Of a stretch of 64,000 bases of DNA, positions 51,446-60,785 are shown piece after piece. The notes under the pieces were generated by a model. It did not search any database and had not been told where the DNA came from. It saw only the letters and a list, made by a program, of their open reading frames with translations. The first letter of the stretch is position 1. Every line of letters begins with the position of its first letter. Source of the DNA: Gammaproteobacteria bacterium. Lineage in GTDB: Bacteria > Pseudomonadota > Gammaproteobacteria > UBA4575. Both the position numbers and the translations under genes were made by a program. The stretch spans positions 169,138 to 233,137 of the forward strand of contig OZ244046.1 in the NCBI GenBank assembly GCA_965215055.1, written 5' to 3'.

Positions 51446-51976
51446 CTACTGTGATTTTCTGGCAGCGGGTTTTCGCTTGGTACGCTTTGGAGCCAGGGAG
51501 AACCAGGATTCTTGAGTCAGGGTATGGTAGTAATCAGCCTCATCGATTAAAAGCTTTGAAGCGGTACTTGGCACAGCGGCAATTTCAACTCGCACCCCTT
51601 CAGACTTGAGGTGTCTTACCAGCTCAATAAAATCGGCGTCACCGGACATGATGATAATAGTGTCCACCTTGCTGGCAACTTGCATAGCTTTGATAGTCAG
51701 TGGAATATCAGCGCTTTTATGACATGGTTGTACTGAACCATGATAAAAATCGTGCAAGCGTTCCTGCAATTTTTGGGAGATTTGTTTCCCTTCCCGAAAA
51801 TATACAAGGCGGCTGAGGCCCCTGTTATCCAGTAATTTCGGGACTAGCGTATCGAAATTAAGCATGGTATTTGTATCGCCGGTTTCTGTATGGATGCTAC
51901 GCTCTATATTATTACCGTCTATTAAAATAGCGACGGATTGACTGATAAGCACGCTTTCTGGCTGTTGAGTCGTCAT
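51446..51976 (-). CDS. NYN-domain (LabA-like PIN-related) protein
   Basis: 176 aa: VAILIDGNNIERSIH ... IIIMSGDADFIELVRHLKSEGVRVEIAA is the characteristic NYN/LabA pattern. Confidence 0.65.
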   Translation of the reverse strand: MTTQQPESVLISQSVAILIDGNNIERSIHTETGDTNTMLNFDTLVPKLLDNRGLSRLVYFREGKQISQKLQERLHDFYHGSVQPCHKSADIPLTIKAMQVASKVDTIIIMSGDADFIELVRHLKSEGVRVEIAAVPSTASKLLIDEADYYHTLTQESWFSLAPKRTKRKPAARKSQ

Positions 51977-52046
51977 GGTTTTATATATCCCCTGTAAAGA
52001 ATAATGGTGCTGGTCGTCTCAGATTTTATTCGAGAAACAAAGAACT

Positions 52047-53801
52047 ATGGATGTATTAAAGTTAACGGAAGAACAATTTTATAACAGACTGTGCTCACAT
52101 ATCTCCAGGATTTACAAAGAGCATGAAGTAGAAACGATAGCCGGGAAACTGTTGGAAGGGTTTTCTGATTTACAACTCACAAATACCCAACAACACCCTT
52201 ATCATCTAGATGCAAACTGGGACGAGCAAGACGTTTGCCTGATAACCTACGGTAACTCTATCCGTTCAGAACCGACCAAGCCGCTCCGTGTTTTATATGA
52301 ATTCCTAACGAAATACATGAGAGGTGTGACAAACACCGTTCATATACTGCCATTCTTTCCGTACAGCTCTGATGACGGCTTCGCGGTTATCGATTACAAA
52401 AAGGTTAATCGCGAACTGGGAGATTGGGAGGATATCAAAAAAATAGCGGGCCGATTCAAGCTGATGACGGACTTGGTCATCAACCACGTTTCATCCAGGA
52501 ACGAGTGGTTTCAACAATATCTAAAAGACGAGCAGCCGGGGCGTGATTACTTTGTTGAAGTGGATTTGAAAGATGACATATCACAGGTAATAAGACCCAG
52601 GCACAGCCCGTTACTACAGGAAGTGAACACCAGCCGGGGCAAAAGACTTGTTTGGTGTACATTCAGTTTTGACCAAGTTGACCTTGATTTTTCCAATCCG
52701 GACGTGTTGCTTGATTTTGTACACATTCTCCGTTTTTACCTGGAGAAAGGCGCACGCGTCATACGCCTGGATGCAATTGCCTTTTTATGGAAAGAAATCG
52801 GCACTTCTTGCATCAACCTGCCTCAAACGCATGAAATCGTAAAAGTTTTTCGGCTGATAACCGAGCGATATTTTCCGGGCACCGTGTTCGTGACCGAGAC
52901 CAACATTCCAAACCTGGAAAATCTGAAATATTTTGGCAATTCCAACGAGGCCCACATTATTTACAACTTCAGTCTTCCGCCATTGCTGTTGCACGCATTA
53001 TGGGCAGGTAGTTCTGAATACCTGACAAGGTGGTCAATGAGCTTTCCTCCTGCACCACTGGGTTGTACCTACTTGAACTTCACTGCGTCTCATGACGGCA
53101 TAGGCTTGCGGCCTGTTGAGGGTATGTTGGCAGACAGTGAAATAGACGCCCTTGTCTCCGGTATGCGACAACTTGGAAGTGAAGTGACCACCAGGTCGAT
53201 AACTGCTGCGGGCGAGCGACCATATGAGATTAATATCACGTGGTTTGAAGCGATGAAAGGGACCAGGAAAGGTACTGACCCTTATCAGGTCGAAAGGTTC
53301 TTGTGCTCTCAAATCGTGATGCTGGGATTAGAGGGAATACCTGCTTTTTACATTAACAGCCTGTTTGCTGCGGAAAACGATCGTGAGGCGTTTGCCGCCA
53401 CCAGGCACAAAAGGTCCATCAACCGGAAGCAGTGGAACCTGGAAGAACTTGAATCTCAATTGTTTGACATTGGCTCGACGCCTTCCAGGGTTTATTTCGA
53501 GTTGAAAAGGCTTATTGCGATAAGATCGAAACAGGAGGCATTTCACCCCAATGCCACGCAATATACCTTACACCTGGGACCGGGCATATTCGGTTTTTGG
53601 CGGCAAAGCAGAAATCGTGATCAAAGTATATTCGCAATCCATAACCTGACCGACGTTATGCAAGAAATGCTCTTGTCCCATATCAACCTTACCAGTACGT
53701 GTAACTGGATGGACCTGGTCGCCTGGGACGTCCTGGATTTATCAAGAGATAAACTGGAACTTCATCCCTATCAGTGCTTGTGGATTACGAATAAAATCTG
53801 A
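52047..53801 (+). CDS. GH13_18 sucrose-phosphorylase-family glycoside phosphorylase (candidate glucosylglycerate phosphorylase)
   Basis: Collinear with sucrose phosphorylase (HILPFFPYSSDDGFAVIDY, LVINHVS, RLDAIAFLWKEIGTSC, LPPLLLHAL, FTASHDGIGLRP). Divergently adjacent to the GpgS/GpgP genes. Confidence 0.75.
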   Translation: MDVLKLTEEQFYNRLCSHISRIYKEHEVETIAGKLLEGFSDLQLTNTQQHPYHLDANWDEQDVCLITYGNSIRSEPTKPLRVLYEFLTKYMRGVTNTVHILPFFPYSSDDGFAVIDYKKVNRELGDWEDIKKIAGRFKLMTDLVINHVSSRNEWFQQYLKDEQPGRDYFVEVDLKDDISQVIRPRHSPLLQEVNTSRGKRLVWCTFSFDQVDLDFSNPDVLLDFVHILRFYLEKGARVIRLDAIAFLWKEIGTSCINLPQTHEIVKVFRLITERYFPGTVFVTETNIPNLENLKYFGNSNEAHIIYNFSLPPLLLHALWAGSSEYLTRWSMSFPPAPLGCTYLNFTASHDGIGLRPVEGMLADSEIDALVSGMRQLGSEVTTRSITAAGERPYEINITWFEAMKGTRKGTDPYQVERFLCSQIVMLGLEGIPAFYINSLFAAENDREAFAATRHKRSINRKQWNLEELESQLFDIGSTPSRVYFELKRLIAIRSKQEAFHPNATQYTLHLGPGIFGFWRQSRNRDQSIFAIHNLTDVMQEMLLSHINLTSTCNWMDLVAWDVLDLSRDKLELHPYQCLWITNKI

Positions 53802-53806
53802 AGTGC

Positions 53807-55021
53807 CTACTGTTTGTTGTCCTGTGAAACGGCGTCGTACAATGACGAGAGAACGTTGGGTACCGCGCTGGCAACGCGCGACCAGGTCGGCATAAACGGA
53901 GCTTCCATGGGGTTAGACAGGAACTTGTCACCTGCACTCATTATATTCTGCGCAAATAATTCAACCGTGCTTTCTTCCTTGTGGCGGTCTACGTGGAGCT
54001 TGTTCATTGCAGCGTCATTGGAATAATGGTCGATCAAATCCAGCGCACATCGGTAATATGCGGCTTTAATCGTGCGAAACAGTTCGGGAGTTAACGTAAT
54101 TCCGTGAGTTGACAGTTTACGAAAAATAATCTTGGAAATATCTATGCTCATCTTGGACAACCCGCGGCTCGAATCATCCTCGGAAAGTATTTGATGTTTA
54201 TGGTCATAACGACCTGCAATATCCACTTGACAGATACGCTGATTGGAATATTTGCGGTACATTTCTGAAAGAATACCTATTTCGAGTCCCCAGTCGCAGG
54301 GGATGCGCAATGAATTTACGACGCTTGCACGCATCGAAAACTCCCCGGCCAGGACATAGCGAAAACTGCTCAGAAAATCCAGGTAACCATGCGGCCTGAT
54401 TGCCTGTTTCAACGCCGTAAGAAGCGGTAGCACCAGTAATCTTGAGACACGGCCGGAAAACTGCTCGTGATGAGCCCGGTAGTAGTACCCCTTGCAGAAT
54501 ACATAATCGAACGTGGGATGGGTTACGGGATAAAGCAGCTTTGCCGGAATAGAGCGGTCATACGTCAAGACGTCACAGTCATGCAAAGCTACTGCATCGG
54601 ATTTGCCTGAAGCGAGAAAATAACCCAGGCAATACCAGACATTTCTTCCTTTACCGGCCTCATTGGGCGCCAGGCTATGGACGTGAATAGTCCGGTCAAT
54701 TTCTAACAGTTGCGGCCCATCGTTCCATAAAATCACGTGATGCTGAGGTAACCTGCTGAAAAATTCCTTCGCATGGTGAAACTCCTCCCTGTTTGCGGCA
54801 TCAAGACCGATGATGATCTCGGAAAGATAGGGTACTTCGCTCAAGTGCGTAATAATATTGGCCAATGCCGGGTCCCGAAGCTCGGAATACAGGCACGGCA
54901 GTATCAGTGACATGGGACGTGTCTTACTCCATTCAACCAGTTCTTTTTCCAGTGACTCGGAAGTACGGTTGGTAAGATCGTGTAAAGTCGCAATTACTCC
55001 GTTTTGGAAAAAGTCTGTCAT
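53807..55021 (-). CDS. gpgS: glucosyl-3-phosphoglycerate synthase (GT81 family; related to mannosyl-3-phosphoglycerate synthase)
   Basis: Blocks parallel mycobacterial GpgS (LILPCLYSEL vs VVLPALNEE; GKGRNVW; HDCDV; GRVSRLLVLPLLTAL vs GRVTELVARPLLAAL; DWGLEIGIL vs GYGVEIGLL). Overlaps the downstream HAD phosphatase by 4 bp. Confidence 0.65.
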   Translation of the reverse strand: MTDFFQNGVIATLHDLTNRTSESLEKELVEWSKTRPMSLILPCLYSELRDPALANIITHLSEVPYLSEIIIGLDAANREEFHHAKEFFSRLPQHHVILWNDGPQLLEIDRTIHVHSLAPNEAGKGRNVWYCLGYFLASGKSDAVALHDCDVLTYDRSIPAKLLYPVTHPTFDYVFCKGYYYRAHHEQFSGRVSRLLVLPLLTALKQAIRPHGYLDFLSSFRYVLAGEFSMRASVVNSLRIPCDWGLEIGILSEMYRKYSNQRICQVDIAGRYDHKHQILSEDDSSRGLSKMSIDISKIIFRKLSTHGITLTPELFRTIKAAYYRCALDLIDHYSNDAAMNKLHVDRHKEESTVELFAQNIMSAGDKFLSNPMEAPFMPTWSRVASAVPNVLSSLYDAVSQDNKQ

Positions 55022-55824
55022 TGATGCAACTCCTCAAGCAATTCTGTTAACGTATCATTCCACCCCCGGGGCCCGGAGTTATCGGCACAAATGAGACGTG
55101 CACGACTATCAAGGCCCTGGTTTGGTGAATCGGGATTCGGGATGACAACACCGTAATCGGCGCTCTCCAGCATTTTAAGATCATTCGGGCTATCTCCCAG
55201 GGCAATGGAAATTGTGCTTTTGCTGCGGTACCCCTGGTATTTTTTCAATAAAAGCGACATTGTCATGGCCTTATCGTGGTGTCCCATAACGTGATAAAAC
55301 CGTCCGCCACTCAAGAGTTGCAAATCATGATCTTCCAGGTGTTTTGCAAATGCTTCGAGTCGGTCATTGCCATCTCGCCAGTGTACAGGTTCGCTACATT
55401 CCCGGGCATTTGCATTACAGGCTTGTTTCTCATCGAGTCCTGCGAGTTGCATGATTTCACTGCACGCCATTTCGCTGAATGACTTGAACTTGTACAATCC
55501 GGATACCTTTTTCAGGGCCATGGCGATATCCCTGCGTGGGGTTCCTATCAATTCTTTTTCATAAACCCTTGAAGTTGTACCAGTTGAAAAATAGTTCTCT
55601 GGAATCGCAAGTAACCCCCCGTTCTCGGCGATATACGGGTGATACAAATTCGTCTGGGCACACAACTCTTCTATTTCAACGGCGGTTTTACTGCTTGTAA
55701 AAATCAATGGAATATCCTGCCGGCGAATAGTATCCAAGCAGGAAGTGGCAGGCGCGAAGCTATAACTGTTATGGTCAAGCAGCGTGCCGTCCAGGTCCGT
55801 GAATATAATGACCAGGGTGTCCAT
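55018..55824 (-). CDS. gpgP: glucosyl/mannosyl-3-phosphoglycerate phosphatase (HAD-IIB, YedP/MpgP family)
   Basis: IIFTDLDGTLLD ... IFTSSKT ... GDSPNDLKML is collinear with E. coli YedP. The start is taken at MDTLVIIF (cat at 55822-55824); the ORF is open to 55911. Confidence 0.7.
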   Translation of the reverse strand: MDTLVIIFTDLDGTLLDHNSYSFAPATSCLDTIRRQDIPLIFTSSKTAVEIEELCAQTNLYHPYIAENGGLLAIPENYFSTGTTSRVYEKELIGTPRRDIAMALKKVSGLYKFKSFSEMACSEIMQLAGLDEKQACNANARECSEPVHWRDGNDRLEAFAKHLEDHDLQLLSGGRFYHVMGHHDKAMTMSLLLKKYQGYRSKSTISIALGDSPNDLKMLESADYGVVIPNPDSPNQGLDSRARLICADNSGPRGWNDTLTELLEELHQ

Positions 55825-55949
55825 GTAAATGCTAGTGGTATTCTTTTCGTTTGTGCGTCTGGCTGGCTCCAGGATGAAGCTTTTTGTGTTCTTTATACCA
55901 GATGATTCCATATACTAGTATTATCGTTTGCGTATTAAATCTCCGCATC

Positions 55950-57341
55950 ATGCATATACACGTTTATAACACTTTGACTAATGAAAAGGAGAGGTTCGTA
56001 CCGGTTAATCCCGAGCGTGTAACCATGTATGTCTGTGGGCCGACCGTCTACAGTCATCCGCATATAGGAAATGCACGTCCCGCAGTCGTATTTGACGTAC
56101 TTTACCGCCTGCTCAAGCACGAGTTTTCGAACGTCGTCTATACACGCAACATCACCGACGTGGACGACAAGATAAACAACGCGGCATCGGAAGAAAACGT
56201 TTCGATTGAAACAATCAGCTCCCGCTACACGGATATCTACCATCGTGACATGGCAGAGCTGGGCGTCCTTCCTCCAACGGTCGAGCCCAGGGCAACGGAA
56301 CACATACCACAAATTATAGACATGATTCAGGGATTGATTACTGCCGGCAATGCTTACGAAGCCGAAGGTCACGTTCTTTTCCACGTGCTTTCCTATACTG
56401 AATATGGAAAATTATCCGGTCGCAACATGAAAGAGATGATTGCGGGCGCACGAGTAGAGGTTGCGCCGTTCAAAAAAGACCCCGCGGATTTCGTGTTATG
56501 GAAGCCTTCGGATAAAGACCAGCCTGCCTGGGACAGCCCATGGGGCCAGGGCCGTCCGGGTTGGCATATCGAGTGTTCAGCAATGGCTGAAAGGCACCTT
56601 GGTGAAACCATCGATATCCATGGAGGCGGGCAGGACCTGGTTTTTCCGCACCATGAAAACGAAAAGGCGCAAAGCACGTGCGCCCACGGTGGAAAATTAT
56701 TCAGTCGGTACTGGATGCACAATGGATTTGTAAACGTCGCGCACGAAAAGATGTCTAAATCGACAGGCAACGTCCTGCTGGTTCGTGATTTGCTTAAACA
56801 GGCTCCCGGGGAGACCATTCGCTTTACCTTGCTTGGCACACATTACCGCAAACCGCTCAACTGGGCAGGTGACGTCCTTGATCAATCCTCCAGAAAGCTG
56901 GACCGGCTCTATGGCGCTTTGCTGGGATTGCAGGATATAAACGTCGAGCCTTCAGCCGAAGACATACCTGCATTATTTATCGATACACTAAAGGACGACT
57001 TGAATACCCCTGCGGCTTTTGCCGTGTTACACAAATTGGCCAAGCAGGCCAATACCGCCCCTGGTCGTGAGACGAGAAAGAAAATTAAAAAGCAGTTATT
57101 GGCCGCCGGCGGGGTCCTGGGCGTATTGCAACAAGATCCTGTAGCGTGGTTCCAGGGTGCAGGAGAACTTGATGAAAATGAAATCGGCGCGTTAATTCAG
57201 TCCAGAATTGAGGCAAAAAAGAAACGGAACTTCAGGTTGGCAGATGAAATTCGGGACCAACTGACTGCAATGGGCATCGAAATCCAGGATCAGCCGGATG
57301 GAACTTCAAACTGGCGAAAAAAATCCGTGTATGATGGGTGA
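55950..57341 (+). CDS. cysS: cysteine--tRNA ligase
   Basis: HIGH motif (SHPHIGNA), KMSKS motif, zinc-binding Cys ligands; the start is taken at MHIHVYNTLT (atg at 55950). Confidence 0.9.
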   Translation: MHIHVYNTLTNEKERFVPVNPERVTMYVCGPTVYSHPHIGNARPAVVFDVLYRLLKHEFSNVVYTRNITDVDDKINNAASEENVSIETISSRYTDIYHRDMAELGVLPPTVEPRATEHIPQIIDMIQGLITAGNAYEAEGHVLFHVLSYTEYGKLSGRNMKEMIAGARVEVAPFKKDPADFVLWKPSDKDQPAWDSPWGQGRPGWHIECSAMAERHLGETIDIHGGGQDLVFPHHENEKAQSTCAHGGKLFSRYWMHNGFVNVAHEKMSKSTGNVLLVRDLLKQAPGETIRFTLLGTHYRKPLNWAGDVLDQSSRKLDRLYGALLGLQDINVEPSAEDIPALFIDTLKDDLNTPAAFAVLHKLAKQANTAPGRETRKKIKKQLLAAGGVLGVLQQDPVAWFQGAGELDENEIGALIQSRIEAKKKRNFRLADEIRDQLTAMGIEIQDQPDGTSNWRKKSVYDG

Positions 57342-57400
57342 ACTCTTACGGGATTCGATGCTGCAGGAGTAGCTGATGGCATCAGGGCACTTTTAACACG

Positions 57401-57652
57401 ATGAGGGGTTTGGTACCACCTGATCCTGAAGGCGGCGTATCGAAATTCCAATATGCGGTGGTTTACGTACCTAAACGAAATCGCAACCGATTTTCAGCCA
57501 ACTGTGTAAAAATTAAGGCCAATGCTGAAGAAGCGCTTGCAGCCTCTGACACTGAAAACAAGCAATTTGCAGCAAAGCTGCTGGGTCCTTCCAAGTCTTC
57601 AGAAGGGCAACATATTTACTACTTGATCGAATGGCTGGAGGCAGACACGTAA
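57401..57652 (+). CDS. hypothetical small protein upstream of and overlapping mptG
   Basis: 83-aa ORF; no recognisable motif. Confidence 0.3.
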   Translation: MRGLVPPDPEGGVSKFQYAVVYVPKRNRNRFSANCVKIKANAEEALAASDTENKQFAAKLLGPSKSSEGQHIYYLIEWLEADT

Positions 57653-57666
57653 CCGGCGACGAACTC

Positions 57667-58656
57667 ATGGACTCCCCATCAATATACATAGAAGCTCCGG
57701 CACGCTTACATCTTGGTTTCTTAGACCTGGAAGGGGGCCTGGGCAGGCGTTTTGGTGGTCTCGGGCTCACGCTGAACGATATTACGACTAAAATCCTGGT
57801 TCATCGCGCGAAGCAGCTTGAAGTGCTGGGGGATTCGTCAGGACGGGTGCAAAAATATGCAGAGCAGTTTTTTGAACGCAAGGGACTTGCAGGCGGTTGC
57901 CGGATAGAAGTTATTGATCAAATTATCGACCATTCCGGGCTGGGCTCCGGGACCCAGCTCGCGTTGGCTGTCGGTACTGCGATTGCCAAGCTTTTTGCCT
58001 TGAAATGCGACGGCCCGGAGATTGCTGCCGTACTCAATCGCGGCATTCGGTCGGGGATTGGCATAGGCGCGTTTCAGCACGGTGGATTCCTGGTTGACGC
58101 TGGAAGAAACGTCGATAGCGCGGTTCCACCTGTCGTTTCACGCACGTGTTTTCCATCGAGTTGGCGTGTACTGATTGTGCTGGATGTAGCGCATCGCGGA
58201 TTACACGGAAAAGATGAACACGCCTCTTTTCTGGCCTTACCTGCATTTCCTTCACAAACTGCGGCTTACCTGTGTCGGCTGGTAATGATGCAGGTGCTGC
58301 CGGCAATTGTTGAACAGGATATTGGTGAGTTTGGCGAAGGTGTTTACGAAGTACAGAAATGCCTGGGAAAATTTTTCGCATCCGTACAAGGAGGGCGTTA
58401 TACTAGCGCCGCCGTTGGTGACGTTATCCGTTACATCGAATCAACGGGCATCCAGGGTGTGGGGCAAAGCTCCTGGGGGCCGACCGGATTTGCCTTTGTA
58501 GACAGCGAGACGCAAGCTCATATACTCTTGCGAGACGTGCAGGCAAGATTCAGTGACAACCAGAACCTGCGATTTAAGGTCGTATCCGGAAGAAATACCG
58601 GGGCAATAATAGAACAACAAGATAATATTTCCTTACCCAAGGCAAACAGGTCCTGA
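57667..58656 (+). CDS. mptG: beta-ribofuranosylaminobenzene 5'-phosphate synthase (tetrahydromethanopterin biosynthesis)
   Basis: GHMP-kinase-like fold with the beta-RFAP synthase N-terminal pattern IEAPARLHLGFLDLEGGLGRRFGGLGLTL; located in the H4MPT gene cluster. Confidence 0.65.
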   Translation: MDSPSIYIEAPARLHLGFLDLEGGLGRRFGGLGLTLNDITTKILVHRAKQLEVLGDSSGRVQKYAEQFFERKGLAGGCRIEVIDQIIDHSGLGSGTQLALAVGTAIAKLFALKCDGPEIAAVLNRGIRSGIGIGAFQHGGFLVDAGRNVDSAVPPVVSRTCFPSSWRVLIVLDVAHRGLHGKDEHASFLALPAFPSQTAAYLCRLVMMQVLPAIVEQDIGEFGEGVYEVQKCLGKFFASVQGGRYTSAAVGDVIRYIESTGIQGVGQSSWGPTGFAFVDSETQAHILLRDVQARFSDNQNLRFKVVSGRNTGAIIEQQDNISLPKANRS

Positions 58657-58745
58657 GAAGTGATGCTGAATATGCGTATGCAGAGACAGCCCGTGTTCAG
58701 TTTTTATCTTCAGTAATTATCTTTTCATCACGAAAAGGGAGAGAA

Positions 58746-59648
58746 ATGGGAAAGCCGTACATTCTTCACATGTTTACCCCGGCAAAGAACCTGAGCCCAT
58801 TCGATGTAAACATGGCGTTGGACGCGGGCTGGGAGCACGTGACAGGCTATTGCGACGTTGAAAAAGAAGAAGTGCAGGCACTTGTCCAGGATGCAATTTT
58901 TTCACGTGGGCCGGCCGGAGTTAAGCGCACGGGTATATTTCTTGGCGGCCGCGATATGCACCTTGCCATGGATATGATAGAGATTTGCCGGGAGTCGATG
59001 GTGCCGCCTTTTGAAGTGTCCTGCTTTGCTGATCCGAGTGGCGCCTTTACTACGGCGGCAGGGATGGTTGCACGTGCGGAAAAAGCACTGCGAGACAGGT
59101 TTGATACTGACTTCAAGGGCAAACACGTCATCGTGATGGGTGGCACTGGTCCGGTTGGTTCCACTGCAGCAGTACTCGCGGCCAAGGCAGGGGCCAATGT
59201 AAAAATAATGGGGCGCCAAAAAGACAAATCACAACACGTAGCCTCGCTTTGCAACGACAGGTATGGAGAAGGCTCGACCAGCATACAAGGTGAAGCCAAC
59301 GACATGATTGACGACCTGATACAGACTGCGGATATAGTATTTGCCGCCACTGCTGCCGGTATACAGATCCTCTCGGAAGAACACATTGCGACGGCGGGTA
59401 GTCTGAAAATTGCGGCCGACGTCAATGCCGTACCACCTTCAGGAATTGCTGGTCTTGACGTAATGGGTGACTGTGAACCTATCAAGGGGTCGGAAAGTGG
59501 AGCCGTAGGCATTGGTGCGCTTGCTATTGGCAACGTTAAATATCAAACTCAGCATAAACTTTTGCAAGAAATGCACAATTCCGACAAACCGGTTTACCTC
59601 CATTTTGAACGTGCCTTCAAAATTGCCAGGGAGATTGCGCAGGAGTAA
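58746..59648 (+). CDS. mtdB: NAD(P)-dependent methylene-tetrahydromethanopterin dehydrogenase (MtdA/MtdB family)
   Basis: Collinear with M. extorquens MtdA (SPFDVNMALDAGWEHVTGY, TGIFLGGRDM, FEVSCFADPSGAFTTAAGMVA, VIVMGGTGPVGSTAA, LGIGALAIGNVKYQ). Confidence 0.8.
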   Translation: MGKPYILHMFTPAKNLSPFDVNMALDAGWEHVTGYCDVEKEEVQALVQDAIFSRGPAGVKRTGIFLGGRDMHLAMDMIEICRESMVPPFEVSCFADPSGAFTTAAGMVARAEKALRDRFDTDFKGKHVIVMGGTGPVGSTAAVLAAKAGANVKIMGRQKDKSQHVASLCNDRYGEGSTSIQGEANDMIDDLIQTADIVFAATAAGIQILSEEHIATAGSLKIAADVNAVPPSGIAGLDVMGDCEPIKGSESGAVGIGALAIGNVKYQTQHKLLQEMHNSDKPVYLHFERAFKIAREIAQE

Positions 59649-60771
59649 ACGCATATATCTCGTTATTGCTGCATCCGGACGGGCGATTGCTCAAGCACTC
59701 AAGGCCATCGGGAATACCGTGGCGGTAATAGATGGTTTTGCAGACGTGGATACCCGTGCCGTAGCGGAAGTATGTAAAAAAGTTTCACGTATAAAGTATG
59801 GTCTTGATACCAGGGGAGTCTTGCAGGCAGTTCATCAACTACAGGGAAAATACGAATTCGAGGGTTTATTGTATGACGCCGCCATGGAATCGACCCCGGA
59901 TTTGCTTGATTCCGTTTCCGTTGACGACATTATCGGTAATTCAAGCCGCACACTTCGAAGGTGTAAAGATCCTGAAACCTTTTTCTCGACGTTGAATAAA
60001 CACGCAATACCATACCCTGAAGTAAGCTTTGAACGTCCGGGAAATCCGGCTGACTCATGGTTGGTAAAACATGCGGCGGGTACTGGTGGATTGGGAGTAT
60101 GCGATATATCGGGAGAGCTTGATACAAAGGAAAACGTCTATTTCCAGAGAAAAATTGACGGCATTAATTTTTCATTAACGTTTCTTGCCAATGGCAGTGA
60201 AATAAAGCCGCTGGGCTTTAACCAACTGTGGGTTGAGTCCCTGGGGGAAAACATGCCGTATACTTATACAGGAGCAATTAATTACGTCAGCCTGACGCAG
60301 CGTCAGCAGAGCATGACCATCAATTATGCATCGGTACTCGCGCGCGAGTTCGAGCTTGTTGGCCTGAACAGCATGGATTGTATTTTATCCGGCGGCTCCG
60401 TTTATGCCATAGAAGTAAACCCCCGCATACCGGCAACTTATGAATTATACGAGACCAGGCATGGTGACCTGCTTAAAGAGCACATTGAAGCCTGCAAGAC
60501 ACACGTGTTTACGGCAGGCCAGAAAAAACCACTTCTTCGAGGTCATGCGATCGTGTATGCGCCGAACCCTGTTCAAATACCGGAAAACTTCACGTGGCCG
60601 TTATGGACGGCAGACCGTCCGCATCCCGGGGAGGCGATCGACGTACATCAACCGATATGCAGTGTCTTTGCAGGAGGCAAGAACGCAGCCCAGGTACGCG
60701 AAATAATACGTACCCGTAAAGACGTAATAATCAATAAACTCACGTACGTAAGAGACAACCACTACCAATAG
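59611..60771 (+). CDS. ATP-grasp family protein of the H4MPT-biosynthesis cluster (orf9-like)
   Basis: ATP-grasp C-terminal features (IEVNPRIPATYELYE). The ORF is open from 59512, overlapping mtdB by 137 bp. The true start is probably a GTG or TTG between 59605 and 59637. Confidence 0.55.
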   Translation: MPSKLPGRLRRSKRIYLVIAASGRAIAQALKAIGNTVAVIDGFADVDTRAVAEVCKKVSRIKYGLDTRGVLQAVHQLQGKYEFEGLLYDAAMESTPDLLDSVSVDDIIGNSSRTLRRCKDPETFFSTLNKHAIPYPEVSFERPGNPADSWLVKHAAGTGGLGVCDISGELDTKENVYFQRKIDGINFSLTFLANGSEIKPLGFNQLWVESLGENMPYTYTGAINYVSLTQRQQSMTINYASVLAREFELVGLNSMDCILSGGSVYAIEVNPRIPATYELYETRHGDLLKEHIEACKTHVFTAGQKKPLLRGHAIVYAPNPVQIPENFTWPLWTADRPHPGEAIDVHQPICSVFAGGKNAAQVREIIRTRKDVIINKLTYVRDNHYQ

Positions 60772-60785
60772 ACAAGAGGACCGAG

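Noticed and set aside
59512-59648. 5' extension of the ATP-grasp ORF overlapping the last 137 bp of mtdB
   Set aside because: An overlap of this length is unlikely. Internal GTG and TTG codons at 59605-59637 sit just before the conserved N-terminal sequence RIYLVIAASG, so the extension was not called as coding.
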